In this document: positions 45,481 through 58,517 of the stretch, in pieces
How positions within the stretch are numbered: position 1 is the first letter of the stretch
Layout: each line of letters opens with the position of its first letter
From: Takakia lepidozioides
Lineage: Eukaryota; Plantae; Bryophyta
Length of the DNA: 64,000 nt
Direction: 5' to 3'
Assembly: GCA_030704615.1 (NCBI GenBank)
Contig: CM060732.1
Coordinates: forward strand, 5,704,001 to 5,768,000
Notes under the pieces: model-generated
What the model was told of the DNA's origin: nothing
The model's database searches: none
Seen by the model: only the letters and a program-made list of their open reading frames with translations
Position numbers and translations under genes: made by a program

Positions 45481-46719
45481 TTGCCAGAGGGGTATAACGG
45501 CCTCCCACCATCTATACTAAAGGCGGGATGAGGTATGACAGAATTAAATGAGAAAGCTAAATGTGGGGCCAGGAGATAATGCGGCTGTTCTTCTCTATCT
45601 CCCTTAGGAGGCTCGTTCTTGCTATCACTGACTCCGGTGTGTATGCCTCATGGTGTACCCGGGGGGTTTTAACTTTTTACCCCTCAAATAATTTCAATAA
45701 AACTTATCCAGGGAAAAAAAAACAAAAAACATCATAACACTTAACACTTGCTTTGTAAAATCTTCTGGAGTAAAAAGAAAAAGATAACAGCTGAAGAGGG
45801 TTGACAGATATGGAGGGTAGACTGTATGGTGATGGAGTCGGAAGTGTAGAAATTAAAGTCCAGACCTGAACACTCAGTCTCCAGACATGGCTTTCATTCA
45901 TGAGACACAAAAAAAACTTAAGCTTGTTCCTGCTTGCTCGCAGTGGCAGGGATAGTACTAACTGTTTGTCCATCCTGAGAAGGTTCAGGGCACTTTATTT
46001 TCATCTACACCACTTCATCATGGAAGTGATAGCAGTCTCAGTGGTGAAGCTATTTCTTTTGTGATCGTCTTGGCCTTCAAAAAATATAAATCAAATCACA
46101 TAGGACACAACATCTGTTGTGACTTAACTTCAATGCAATTAAAACATGTGCTAAGTCTACCGAATGGGCTGCTCATAAGCCAGTCGGAAGGTAGAAATTG
46201 GATTGGATCAAGCTGAAAGGTTGATCTCTGTTCACAAATGGCTTATGACAAGTAGCAGTGATTCATAAGCTCATACAATCAGCGGGAGAGACGGTAGCCA
46301 GATAGTGACCAAAATGCAGGATAACACACCACGAGGGAGCCCCTCCATCAAAGAAACAAAAGAGGATTCTGACCAGGTAGGATGAGTCACCCCACAATCG
46401 GGAGACGAGAACATGAGACAAGGTGCACCAGTAATTTGATCGACAAGGCATAGCACCTGGGGGCTGTTGGGCCGTGCTAGTAAAATTACATTTTGTACAG
46501 ATGTATGACCACCGCTCTACACTTGGTGATGTAATCCAAGATTACATACTGCATTCTGCAAAATTGGTGACGTCTTTGAATCCAAACCTCTTGGACTTCC
46601 CTCCTCATGTCTATTCACACCTACACAAGAGTACCCTATGCACAAGTGCCAGTAGCACGATGACTTCAGACTGCGAGTAATCCATTCCTTACAACTTTGC
46701 AAACAGGGAAATGTCGCAA

Positions 46720-47733
46720 TCAGAAAAGAGGTGTGCAGGAGAGGGTGGAGGGGTCCCAGAGAGCAGGCAGCAAATACTTGCGGTCGTTGACGCCTTCTGC
46801 GTTATAGCTCGCACCAGAGATCGTCTCAACTAACAGATGCCCTGGATAGCCAGGATACGCCCCCTCTCCATAAATACCAGTGCACGCTGTGGCTGCCTCT
46901 AATGGAAGAGCTGCATCACCCTGGTAGTAACCACTGATGAAGGGGTCTGTGGCTGTGCCAGCTAGCATGCTCGCAATATTGATGATCATGCCATCCACAC
47001 CAACATCCGCATTCGGAGGAATCAGAGCCTTGGCTCCCTGAGGCCCATACTGAGGCAGAGCAAAAGGCCATGCGCATTGACCTGGACATTGCGTGGCCGA
47101 GTTGCCGATCCAGGCATACGGCAGCTGCTGGCCCTTAGTGATGAGTGCTGGTGAGGTGAAAAAATGGGAGGCGCATCTGCTTCTGCAGAATTCATCCACA
47201 TAGACAGCGTCAGATGTGAGGACAACATAGACTGCCTTGGAGTCAGTGGGGAATGTGGCCAGCGACTTGAGCACCAAGGATTCTATGTCACACATTTTGA
47301 GTTTCCTTCCAAGGGAGTAGTCGCTATCAGACACCTCACCACCCAGCTGGACTGTTGTCATTACACCTGAATTTAAAGCATCCTTGTACCCGGCGGTCAA
47401 CTTCCACCAGCTATTCACCGAGGGATGATCCTCGGGCGACTCTTGGAAGGAGGCGAAAAAGTCCCCAATGGTAGAGCGCTGCGCAGAGCTGAAACTCCCA
47501 TACCAGACAACGTATGCTCGGAGGCTGGAGCTGCCAGACAGCAGGGGCCCACTATGGTAAGGCAGAATGAGAGGGGAGCTCACTAGAGTCGACAGCTTAC
47601 GCACTCTATGTGGGGCATCCTCTGAATCGAGAATGGAGAAGAGTGGGGGAGAAGGCCGAGCTTCCACCACGGAAGCAACGCAGCAGAGTAGATGAGTCAA
47701 CATGGCCAGAACCACGAAAGTTTGGAAGGCCAT
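46720..47733 (-). CDS. EXORDIUM / PHI-1 (phosphate-induced 1) family secreted protein, intronless
   Basis: Signal peptide; LPYHSGPLLSG, WYGSFS..QRSTIGDF, PSVNSWWK, VYVVLTSDAV.VDEFC..RCASH, YAWIGNSATQCPGQCAWPF, PPNADVGVDGMIINIA, PLEAATACTGIYG.GAYPGYPG, LLPALWDP. Confidence 0.97.
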   Translation of the reverse strand: MAFQTFVVLAMLTHLLCCVASVVEARPSPPLFSILDSEDAPHRVRKLSTLVSSPLILPYHSGPLLSGSSSLRAYVVWYGSFSSAQRSTIGDFFASFQESPEDHPSVNSWWKLTAGYKDALNSGVMTTVQLGGEVSDSDYSLGRKLKMCDIESLVLKSLATFPTDSKAVYVVLTSDAVYVDEFCRSRCASHFFTSPALITKGQQLPYAWIGNSATQCPGQCAWPFALPQYGPQGAKALIPPNADVGVDGMIINIASMLAGTATDPFISGYYQGDAALPLEAATACTGIYGEGAYPGYPGHLLVETISGASYNAEGVNDRKYLLPALWDPSTLSCTPLF

Positions 47734-48445
47734 AATTCAGTGTGTACCTACCCACTCGGTTACAGCTCGCCTGTGTGAACGCTTCTAAGACGTAGGCGCC
47801 AACGTCGGAACCCTCAGATTGCAGTGCAGTGCAATTGAAGCTCAAAAGATCTTCAAAACCTTCGGATCACCTATACTACTCTCTCAACTCCTTGTACCAG
47901 CAGAGTACCCGTGTATGACTGACTCCTCAACCCCTGTCAAGTTGAGTGAAATTTTTGAAAGAGAGAGATCAGTTCTGCTGTTGGAAGAAGGAGTGAGAGA
48001 GGACCTTCGTATTTCTACCCTGGATTGAGTCCACAGATTTACAGAACAAGTCAGCCGAAAGCACAAGCGAAGAGGGAGTGTTGAAGTTCGGTCTGAGAGA
48101 AAGAGAGTCCAACACACGTGGGCGTGGGAGAGAACACTGGGACACGCTGTGGCTGATAGAGCCAGAGAATAAATAGAAGCGGCGGGGCTTGCAGTGCTCA
48201 ACTGGAAGCGAGCAAATGTACGAAAGCTGGGACCTAGTCCTATGCCCTTTGCACAATCCTCGAGAATCCACAGAAGAGCTCCAGCCTGGCTCGCATGTCA
48301 GGATTGCCGATGTGGCCACATGAGTGCTGTGCATGCGGTGCCATCCCCCAGTCAAAGGGGATGTTATGTATTGCCTGGGTCCCGGCCCTCATCATCTCCA
48401 CTGCACGGATTTCAGACAACCACTTGTTCATCACCCACCGCACTA

Positions 48446-48982
48446 CCGTCCCTGGACAACCGTTTAGGCATTTTTGCGTCTAATATTTATTAAAAACCAA
48501 ACAGACTGCTTAGGCACGTTTCTCAAACCATTTCTCACATTAGGCATCTTCATGCTACATGTCTTTTGAATTAGGCACATGAGAAGAGAAAACATTTATT
48601 TTCTTAAGAATAAAAATAGAAAATAGAAACCCAATGCCCATGGGCCCCTTGTCCCATGCCAACAGGCCCCAGCTCAAATCTCCTCCAAGCTTGCACTTAG
48701 CCGGCTCCGCCTCATGAGTCCATACTCCATGAGGTTTTCGCAAATAGATTGGGATCTGTAGGAAGTTATTTCGCATATATTTGTATTGATTTTTGTTCAA
48801 TTTTCATCTTATTACAAACAACATGAGAAGAGGCTTGAAAGTTTTTTGCTCGAATTTTTAGGCATTAGGCACTTGGTCCCATAGTTTCCGAACAATTAGG
48901 CCAAAATCTGAAAAAAATCCCAAAACGCATTAGGCACTTTCATTTTGAATTAATTATTGCCTAAACGGTTGTCGAGGGACGG
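48446..48982. mobile_element. 537-bp Tc1/mariner-type MITE with 25-bp TIR and TA TSD, upstream of the EXORDIUM gene
   Basis: TA|CCGTCCCTGGACAACCGTTTAGGCA ... TGCCTAAACGGTTGTCGAGGGACGG|TA (24/25 match). Several internal TTAGGCA repeats. Confidence 0.93.
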
Positions 48983-49904
48983 TAATCACAGTAGTAGTAC
49001 ACACACGGGACAATTTTGACACAAAGATTTTCCAACATCACAAGTATATATGCTAGATCAGAGTCGTCCGTGGGCGGATGTCATGCAAAACATCATGGTG
49101 AAAAGCCCTCTGGTTCAGAAACGAGTTCCGAACTTCGAAAATGTGATAATACCCACCGCTACTTTGGGAAAATTTTGAAGGTCAGGGAAATGTTCTACAT
49201 ATGCATCAATTGCACCAACAGTTTGAATGGGTTCTTAGATGACTTCTTCGATATCCCAAAATTTCACTTTACTTTATCGGTAACCTACCGCCTTGCATCA
49301 GGTTTTTCTGTAACACCTGTAAGCCTAATCACAAGACCCCACTGAATTTGAATGGGGGTGTGCCCAGTGTACAGGGAGGGGTGCTTTTGGTACACCTCCA
49401 CGCTCATCATCATCAGGAGCAGTTGCCTAGTGTCAGGGCTCTTGTACTTGTGCATGGCAGCTCAATCAATGTGTGATGATCAACACCTCAACTTGGGTTT
49501 CACCCAACTTGATCCAAGGCTTTAGGCTACAAATACTCAGGCGCCCACCTCACAAAATTCTAGGCCTGATACAAACAAATTTGACTTCCAAGGAATTTCC
49601 AGGTCTGGGACGTAGTAATGGTTTCGTAGGAACAATTTTTATCTCATAATAAGCTACACAGTAGTCTGCCTTAACGGTCACTTGTGGTACTCATCAATCC
49701 GAAGACAGTGTGGGAGACGCAAAACTTCCAGCCCCCTTTTGTCAGGACATACCTGACCTAATGTCCCCTTGATAGGACGCTCATTGCATAGCCTCACGTT
49801 GAACACGATATGTACGATATGTGATATGTACACTGGATAATTCTTATGCCTATAGAGCAGAAAAATTATAACATTTATGTAGATATATTAGATAACAGAA
49901 ATAG

Positions 49905-50620
49905 AGGCCACGCCGCGGAGTCGATAAACCCCCCGTTTCGGGCAGCGGGTTGCGACGCCGATTTTGCGATGTCCGGGTGTCGCACGAGCGTCGCCAAAAA
50001 AACGTCGCAAATATGCGACGTATGGGGGTCGCGGACCCCCCCCCCCGCAACGCACGGACGTCACTTTTTAGGCGGTCCATGGCGATGGCAGGGGCCTCCT
50101 GCTAGCGACGCTCGGCCGTCGTTGCCCTCCAGCCGACAGCATTGGAGGGGGCGACGGCTCGGCGTCGCACCAATTTTTTTTCTAAATTGCCCGTGTGTCG
50201 CATCCTAGAAACAAAAAACACGTGGTGTACGCCGGGTGGTAGAATAAGCGACGCCGCTGCGTCGCGGCTAACGACTCCTGGGCGTGGCAACGAAAAAAAA
50301 CCCGTCACTGCTGGAGTCGGGCGTTGCGACGCTCGGCCGTGGGTTTCCGCGACGTGCTGGCGTCGCTTTCCAGATTTTCAATTTATAAAAATAAATAAAA
50401 CACGTGGTGCAGGCAGGCTGTTGGATCCGCGGCGTCGCTGCTAGCAACCCCCGGACTAAAAAAAAACCCGTTGCTAGGGGGGGGTCGGGCGTTGCTACCG
50501 GCATTGGTATTTGCAACGCCCGATCGTTGTTGCTTGCGACCCCTGCCAAAAAAACCCGTTGCCAATACCGACGCCCTGCCGTCGCAAGGCCGGCCTGGTG
50601 GGGGGGGGGGGGGGGGGGGA
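49905..50620 (+). mobile_element. Second copy of the CACTA left subterminal array (terminal CACTA missing)
   Basis: Colinear with 39045-39747. Shared stretches include GGCCACGCCGCG, TGCGACGTATGGGG, GATGGCAGGGGCCTCCTGC, GCATTGGTATTTGC and GCCAATACCGACGCCCTGCCGTCGC, ending in CCTGGTGGGGG. Confidence 0.88.
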
Positions 50621-50842
50621 TTGGGGGTTGATTTTGGGGTGAATTGGGGGTGTGGTTTGTTTTTCCCCTGGTTTTGTTTTGTGTTCGGAGACCTTACAGC
50701 TTCCATTGCTCTGATTTAGTGTTAGAGGACTGTAGGGGACTTAGACACTTATACGGGATCTGTAGGGTACCCTTAATTTTTGCACAGACTGAGACCAACA
50801 GGAGCCTTAGGGGTGACAGCAGCGCACTGTAGAGGGGGGTTA

Positions 50843-51135
50843 CACAGCCCGTCACAGTCGTCACAGTCGACACAGCCAACACAGCCCGTCACAGTCGTCA
50901 CAGCCGACACAGCCAACACAGCCCGTCACAGTCGTCACAGCCGACACAACCAACACAGCCCGTCACAGTCGTCACAGCAGACACAGCCGACACAGCCACA
51001 CAGCCACACAGCCAGTCACAGCCCGACACAGCCAAACACAGTCGCATAGCCAGTCACAGCCGTCACAGTTTCGCACAGCCAGTCACAGCCCGTCACAGTT
51101 TCACACAGCCAGTCACAGCTTGACACAGCTGTCAC
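50843..51135 (+). repeat. Degenerate tandem array of CACAG(C/T)C units in the putative 5' LTR
   Basis: (CACAGCCCGTCACAGTCGTCACAGCCGACACAGCCAA)-like units. Confidence 0.93.
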
Positions 51136-51656
51136 GATCATAGGGAACGAAGAGTAGGACAGGGAACGACTGTGGGGAACAACACCTGCGAAGGGAACAT
51201 GTTAGTTCACAGACGACGGTTAGTGAGGAAAACGGTTAGAACCGCGGATAGGAAGATAAAGGGGGACTTCGGGGGAAGATGAGGATCATTATCTCGGAGG
51301 AGGACTTCTTAGTCAGGCTGGAGCGGAGATCGGAAGCAAAAGATGGAGAGCACGGTGAAGGAGGAAAGAGGATTAGTAGATGCTTGTTATATGCAAAGCT
51401 GTAGTGATATTGTAGAGCAGATTAGAGACACAATGGCTTCGGCCTGATACCTGATAAATCATAATCTGATACTTATACGATACAATCACACTGTGTAGAG
51501 AGATCTGAGTGAAGCTGTGGATTGAATGGATGAGTGAAGGAAACCGATAGATTGATGAAGCAAACTGATACTTAATTATCAATGGTAAGGTAGTTAAGAT
51601 GAATGCGGAAAGGGAAACAAATAGGAAACACCCCCATGATACACTAGCTGTAGGTC

Positions 51657-52250
51657 ATGACTGATTGTTCTGCGTGGGCTGAGTACTTAGAGATTTCCGA
51701 CTCTTCTATCTTGGAGTTTCCGCCTCGGATAGCGAAGGGATGGGTGAGTAAAAGCCGCGCGACATTTGGCGACCATACTGGGGACCTGGGACATGAACAA
51801 CCAAATGTGACAGGCATCTGGTGGGATCATGGTGGTTGGACCATTAAAGAATTTGAAGTGAATCAAATTCCCTGTGGAACGAAGGAAGAAAGATTGTCCA
51901 AACAATTCTTTCAAAGGTTCTTGGAATTGCCAGACGGTTGTAAAGAAAATATTCTTAAACGAGTGCATGATGCTGATCCAGAATGGGGTCTGGAGAAAGG
52001 AGTGATAAAGATTTATCAGGTAGCCTGTAGAGGAAGAGCACGTTGGTTACCAACATTGGTTTATGTGATAGCATTGCTATCCATTAAACGAGTAGAGTTT
52101 GAAGGCTGGGAAGAAAGAAAGGTGAATGTTTATACTCATATGCATGAAGAGCTTGTACTGGTAAAGAATTGGATTCCAAAGGATATTTTGTGGATCAAAC
52201 TCACACAAGAACAGCTTTTCAGACTTGTTTGCCATATGGTTATATGGTAA
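51657..52250 (+). CDS. Extra ORF upstream of gag, unknown function
   Basis: 197-aa ATG-initiated ORF just after the putative LTR/PBS. No motif recognised. Confidence 0.45.
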   Translation: MTDCSAWAEYLEISDSSILEFPPRIAKGWVSKSRATFGDHTGDLGHEQPNVTGIWWDHGGWTIKEFEVNQIPCGTKEERLSKQFFQRFLELPDGCKENILKRVHDADPEWGLEKGVIKIYQVACRGRARWLPTLVYVIALLSIKRVEFEGWEERKVNVYTHMHEELVLVKNWIPKDILWIKLTQEQLFRLVCHMVIW

Positions 52251-55200
52251 CGGAGACTTCAAGTATAGCCAAGGGAGCATTGAAGCTTGAAAGAAACCCA
52301 GGCATATACGAGAGATATTACAGAAGAGAGTTTTGGTTATTGCCACATTAAAAGAAATGAAAGACATGGGACATGAGTGATGAAAGAGAAGCTAGACGAC
52401 AGAGATATTCAGCAAAAAGAGAAAGCTATCTGAAAGCTAATTATCCATATCTTTGGGAGAGAGGAATAGACATAGGGGAATCATCTGGACCTCTCACACC
52501 ATCAAGATCAAAAAGTGCATCACCTATACCGGAAGAACAAGAGTTGGATGCCACTCCTTCTGTTTCTTTGCAAGAAAGATTAAGGGAATTGGTACAGGAA
52601 GAAGATCAATCACGAGGTGAAAGATCTGAGGTACATCCTTGGATAAAAGACTTGATAGAAATCTTTGATAAGAGTTGGCATGGAACACCAAAAGCAGGAA
52701 CTCCAGTTTCTGAAGCAGAAGATGAAAAGGAGAAGAGATGTGGCAGAGCCAACGGAGAGTTCAGACTCTCCAACACCATTACAGTTGAGTTACATGAGTG
52801 AAGAAGAAACCCAAGGGCAGAACTTGGAGGATGAAAACAGAGAGAAGAAATTAGAAGAGGAAGAATATGAAGAAGTAGACCCAACAGCTGAGGTTGAGAC
52901 TACAACCAGGACATCCCAACCCGTTGGACCTGGATCAAGTGGAGCACTTGGATCACAGGCCAACGAAGGTGTCGGCTCAGGGGGATCAGGTGGGCTGCCT
53001 GGATCTGGCTCTGGGGGGACAGGAGTGTGGGAAGTAGTGCAACTGAAGCTGGGAATACTGTGAATATCGTGGGGCCAGAAGCAAGGAGTGCTCAAGGGCC
53101 ACCACTTGGTGGAAGATCCACCACAAAAACACCAGGTCCAGAAGGACCAGCACCAGCAAGGGTGCCAGCACCTGTCAGTGGGCAGAAGGTAGGGCCACAG
53201 ATGGCGTTACAACCAACACGGGCAAAACCACCCTTTCCAATATATTCAGGAAAAGGGGATCCCGATGTACACATTAGCCAATTTGAGCACATGTATATAG
53301 TGAACAATGAGAATGGCGATGATGCCAAGATGAGACTGTTTCCTTGTTCACTTATCAAGAAAGCAAGTGAATGGTATGCAAGATTCCCTGATAATCATTT
53401 CCTAACCTGGAATGGCTTGAATACAGCATTTCGAAATAGGTTCAGGACAAGTAAAACTGAGGATGAAGTGTATGGAAGTTTACAACAGCTGAAGCAGAAG
53501 AAGCATGAAACTGTTGAAGAGTATATGGAGAAGATGGAATTGATGATGAAAAAGCTGGCTACAGTACCAGCACCCGGGTTACAGAAGACTTGGTTTGTGA
53601 GTGGACTAAGACCAGAGTTGCAAAAGAAAGTGGATATGTTACCCCATAACACAGTGGAGGAGGCATTTGAAACTGCGAACAGAATTGAGCAATTGGGAAT
53701 GCTCAGGAGAGAGAAAAAGAAGATGAGGACTCTGAGGATGAGTCAGATGAAGAAGAAGAGCAAGAACTAAAAAGAAAGAGTAAGAGAAAGGAGAAGTTGA
53801 AGAGGGATAACTATGAAAAAAAAATTGGAAGAAATCTTGAAGAAGTATGCCACAGAGGCTGCAACACATTGGAGGAAGGGTGTATAGTGTGCAAAGGCCA
53901 TACCACCACAGAATGCCACATGAAGGAGAAACACTGTACTATCTGTAAAATGGATAACCATTCTACTGAGAATTGTTACTACAACAGAAGGACAGCTGCA
54001 AGAGAACCTAGGCAAGTAAGGGTGCATCAGGTGCAGCCCCAGCCAGAAATAATGATCAGGACCACTATGGTAGGTCTGGTGGTTATAACAATGGCATGGA
54101 AGGGAGAGGTAATTCAAGAGGGAATTACCAAGGAAATTCCAGAGGCAACTATCAGGGTAATCCAAGGGGGAATTACCAGCCGGGAATCAGGATTATAGAA
54201 ATAATCCAAGAACAGACCAAGGGCGAGGACCCAATGGTGAAGAGCTATGTTACTATTGTAATCAGCCAGGACATCGCAAGGCAGCCTGTTCATTCTGGAT
54301 AAGACACCAGAATGAGATGAGAGCTCCTGTGAATGAGGGCCCAGTGGTGGCAGCTCACATGGTTAGGCATGTGTTTGTACCAGAAGTAAGTACAATGATA
54401 GTAACAAGAAGTAAAGCCAAACTAATACCTCCAGTAGAAGAGGAAGAAGATGAGACTGGAAGTGGCAATGATATGCCTGAAGATGAAGAGACTTGGAAAG
54501 ATGAGAAGGAACTGCACAAGGAAGTGGCAGATACTATAAGGGAAATGCAAAAGAGTACTGATATTCCTGTGGCAGATTCCTCTGATTCGGATGGAGAAAA
54601 AGAAGGGAGTGAGGAAAGAAAAAGGAAAAAAGAAGATGCAGACATGCAAAGTAATGAAGAGACTTTGGCTGCAGTAATATGTCAGACCAAAGCAGAAATT
54701 ACCATTGGACAGCTATTAGCTGTGGCACCTTATTGTAGGCACAGGCTGTATCAAGCAATCAATCGAATTGCCCAAAGAGACAGGAAACACAGACCTGAAC
54801 AGCAAGGTGACCAGTTATAATGTGAAGCCAGAAGGCGAGAACCAGTCATGGACTTTGATGATTCTATGCCAGTAATCCAATTGAGAATTGGAAGCACAGA
54901 ACTAACTGATGTACTGATAGATGGTGGTTCTGGAGTAAATATCATGACAGACCAATTAAGAAAGAAGCTTGGTCTAAGTAACATGAAACCAGCCCCATTT
55001 ACAGTAACAATGGCAGATCAAAGAAGTGTGCAGCCATTGGGATTAATAAGAGGAGTTAAGATACAGATACAGAAAATGATCTTTATGATCACAGTAACTG
55101 TATTAAAAATGGATGAAGTCATGGAGGCTTACTCCTTATTATTGGGACGTCCGTGGCTGAAACAGGCCAGGGTATTCCATGACTGGAATTCTCAGTTACT

Positions 55201-58200
55201 AACCGTGCATAATGGGATACACGAGATACAAATTACCACAAAGAAATCTAGTAGATTACCTGCTACAAAGAAGACCTCGAGGAGTCAGAGAGTATGACTG
55301 GAGAGGAGGACTGGATGAGGAGCAGGAAGCTACCCTATTTGCTGCACACCCAAAGTGGGAGCAGGTTGCAGAGATGCGGCTGGAAAGCCTAAGTTGTTTG
55401 AGAGGTATCTGCTGTGGTGTAGTGACAGCAACACCAACTGAAAGGAAGAGAAAACTAGCATTACCCATCACTTTTATATGAAGAGAAGAGAAGGGAAATA
55501 GAAATCCTAGAAGAACCAGCCACTGTGAGCTTACAAGATGAAGTGGTGACTGGTTGGACAATCACAGCTGATGAGCAGGTGAGAGAATAAAATGTGGGAA
55601 CAGGAGGAACCGAGGATGGTGAAAGTAGGAGCTGATTTGGAGCCGGAATTCTTCGAAGAAAAGAAAAGCTTGTTCATCAAATACAGAGATGTATTTGCTT
55701 GGAGCTATGAGGATCTAAAAGGGATACCACCTGAAGTCTGTCAGCATAAGATTAAAAACTGGAACCACGGGTCAGTACCAATCAAGCAGGCGAGGGTATA
55801 GAATGAATCCCAATACGCACAGAAGGTTGGAGAAGAGAATAAAGAAGTTGGCTGAGGCTAAGTTTATATACCCAATAGAGTATACAACTGGTTGTCACCC
55901 ATTGTTATAGTTCCCAAGAAGAATGGCAAAATAAGAGTATGTGTGAACTATAAGAAGCTGAAGCTTGTAGAAGAAGAAGAAAGATCATTTCCCTTTGCCA
56001 TTCACAGAAGCAGTATTAGACACTGTGGCAGGCCATGAGATGTACTCATTCATGGATGGCTTCAGTGGTTATAATAAGTGCAAGTGGCAGAAGAAAGAGA
56101 CCAAGGGAAAACAGCTTCATCACAGACTGGGGGGCTTCGCATACAAAAGTCATGCCCTTGGACTTTGAATGCACCAGCGACCTTCAGGGAGTGATAAGTG
56201 AAATCTTTTCATGAGTATCGGGATGATTTTATGCAGGTAATTCTTGGATGATTTCAGTGTGTACAGCTCTAAGAGTGAGCACTTTGCATTAAATTGGAGT
56301 TATGTTGGCCAGATGCAGGATGAGAGGTCTGGGTTGAATCCAGAGAAGTGTACTTCTGTGTGAACTCAGGGGTGCTTCTGGGACACATTGTGTGTAAGAA
56401 GGGACTCTTGTGGATCCAGAAAGACAGAGTCCATTAAAGCATCTCCACCACTAGTGAATGTTAAAAGTCTACGGAGATTCCGTGGGCAAACCAGTTATTA
56501 CAGGAGATTTGCAAAATGTATGCACAAATAGCAGCACCATTGAGCAAACTACTGAAGAAAGACACAGTGTTTGCTGGACAGCGGAATGTCACAGGCATTT
56601 GAGGAAACTTACACTGTCAGTAGTAACAACTACACCTGTACTGATTAACCCTCACTGGCATGTAGTATTCCATGTTCATTGCGATGCATCAGGAGAGAGC
56701 GTTGGGAGCAGTGTTAGCCCAGAATATTACAGGAATATAGATTACCCTGTGTACTATGCTAGCCGGTTGATGAACAGTGCTGAGAGGAACCTATAGCACA
56801 ACGGAAAGAGAAGCATTGGCAATGATTATGCAGTCAAGAAATTCAGGCATTACCTATGGGAGAAAGTTTTATGTTTATGTGGATCACCAGGCTCTGATAT
56901 ATCTGGTGAACAAACCTTTGATAAGTGGAATGATAGCGAGGTGGTTAATAATCTTGCATGAGTTTGAGTTCGAGGTTATTTACAAGCCTGGCCGTTGCAT
57001 CTTGTGTGGCAGATCATTGTCACGACTAACAACAGGAGAGGCCGCACAAGGAGTGGACGATCAGTTACCTGATGCGAGTTATTTGTAATGGAGGTGCAAG
57101 GAAGTGCAGATGAATGGTTAGATTGGCAGTGGCCAATCAGATACTACCTTGCTCATTGGTCAGTGCCCACCTAGTTATGGTAAGGAGCAGAGAGGAAGAG
57201 AATTGCTATCAAAGCTTACCTTATACTATGGTAGAAGCAGAATGTATAAGTTAGGACCTGATGTGGAGTACTAAAACGATGCTTGTACCACCATGAGTAA
57301 ATAAAAAGTTTTGGCGGAAGTACATAAAGGAGTAGTGGAGGTCATTTTGGAGGAGAAGAGACTACAGTAGAAAGATACACTCGAGGATAGGATCTGTGGC
57401 CTCCCGACTTGTTCAAAGATGTACACGAGTATGTCAGAAGTGTGATGAATATCAGAGGCTAGGACCTTTGCAGAGATCTGGGAAGGATGGCCTTGCATCC
57501 TACAATGCCTACGGAACCATTTCAGAAATGGGGACTAGACTTGTTGGACCAATTAATCCACCATCCAATAATAAACGAAACAGGTACATAATTACAGCCA
57601 CCTGATTATACTACAAAGTGGGTGGAAGCTAAAGCTTTGAGGGACAACACAGCCAAGTCCACAGCAAGTTTCATGTCCGAGAGAACATACTTACACGATT
57701 TGGATGTCCCTTAGAATTTATCAGTGATCAAGGAAGTCACTTCCTGAATGAGACCATTGAGTTGTTGACTAAAGAGTTTATGATTGTGCATAGAAAGAGT
57801 ACAACATATTACCCACAGGGTAATGGGCAGGCAGAGGCTACCAACAAAAACTATGTACTATCTTGACTAAGATAGTCAATGCAAACAGAACGGATTGGGA
57901 TACGAAGCTGCTGACAGCTTTTGTGGTCATACAGGACTTCATATAAAGTCACCACTAAGTATACACCATTCCAATTAGTTCTATGGTATGGAAGCCTTAC
58001 TTCCAGTGGAATTTCCTGTTACCTACCATGAGAACGGAGTGGGGAAAAAGAATGGAATTGCAAGACTCCATCAAGGTCAGGAAACAGTGAATATACTTTG
58101 TGGAAGAAGTACGTGGCTGCAATGCAGCTGATAATATGACCAGAATTCAGATGAAGAGAAAGGAACAGTTTGAGAAGGCAAGTTAAAGACTTTTAAGACG

Positions 58201-58517
58201 GGGGATTTGGTTCTATGGTTACAAAGAAGGAAAGATTAAGCTTCTAAGCTTAAAATCACCATGGAAAGGACCTTATGTTCATACAAAAAGATGTATGATA
58301 ACAACACCGCCATGTTACAAACATTAACAAAGAAATGCTTGGGAAGAGTCAATGCAAATAAGTTGAAGGGTACAGTGGTATCCATACAAACCCCTGCAGC
58401 ATGATTTGCATATAGAACCGCCAAAGAGCAGTCAAGGGCTGCACAAGTGTTACAACGGAGTATGGAACACTTGTCGCTAGGCCCCAGCATATATGACCAG
58501 GGGGGGCAAAACAAACG

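Noticed and set aside
45511-45530. A|TCTATACTAAA as Helitron 5' end
   Set aside because: No hairpin-CTRR 3' end or Rep/helicase sequence identified.
50843-51135. Possible CRISPR array (also 58518-58940)
   Set aside because: Degenerate tandem units with no unique spacers, no cas genes, inside a eukaryotic retroelement.
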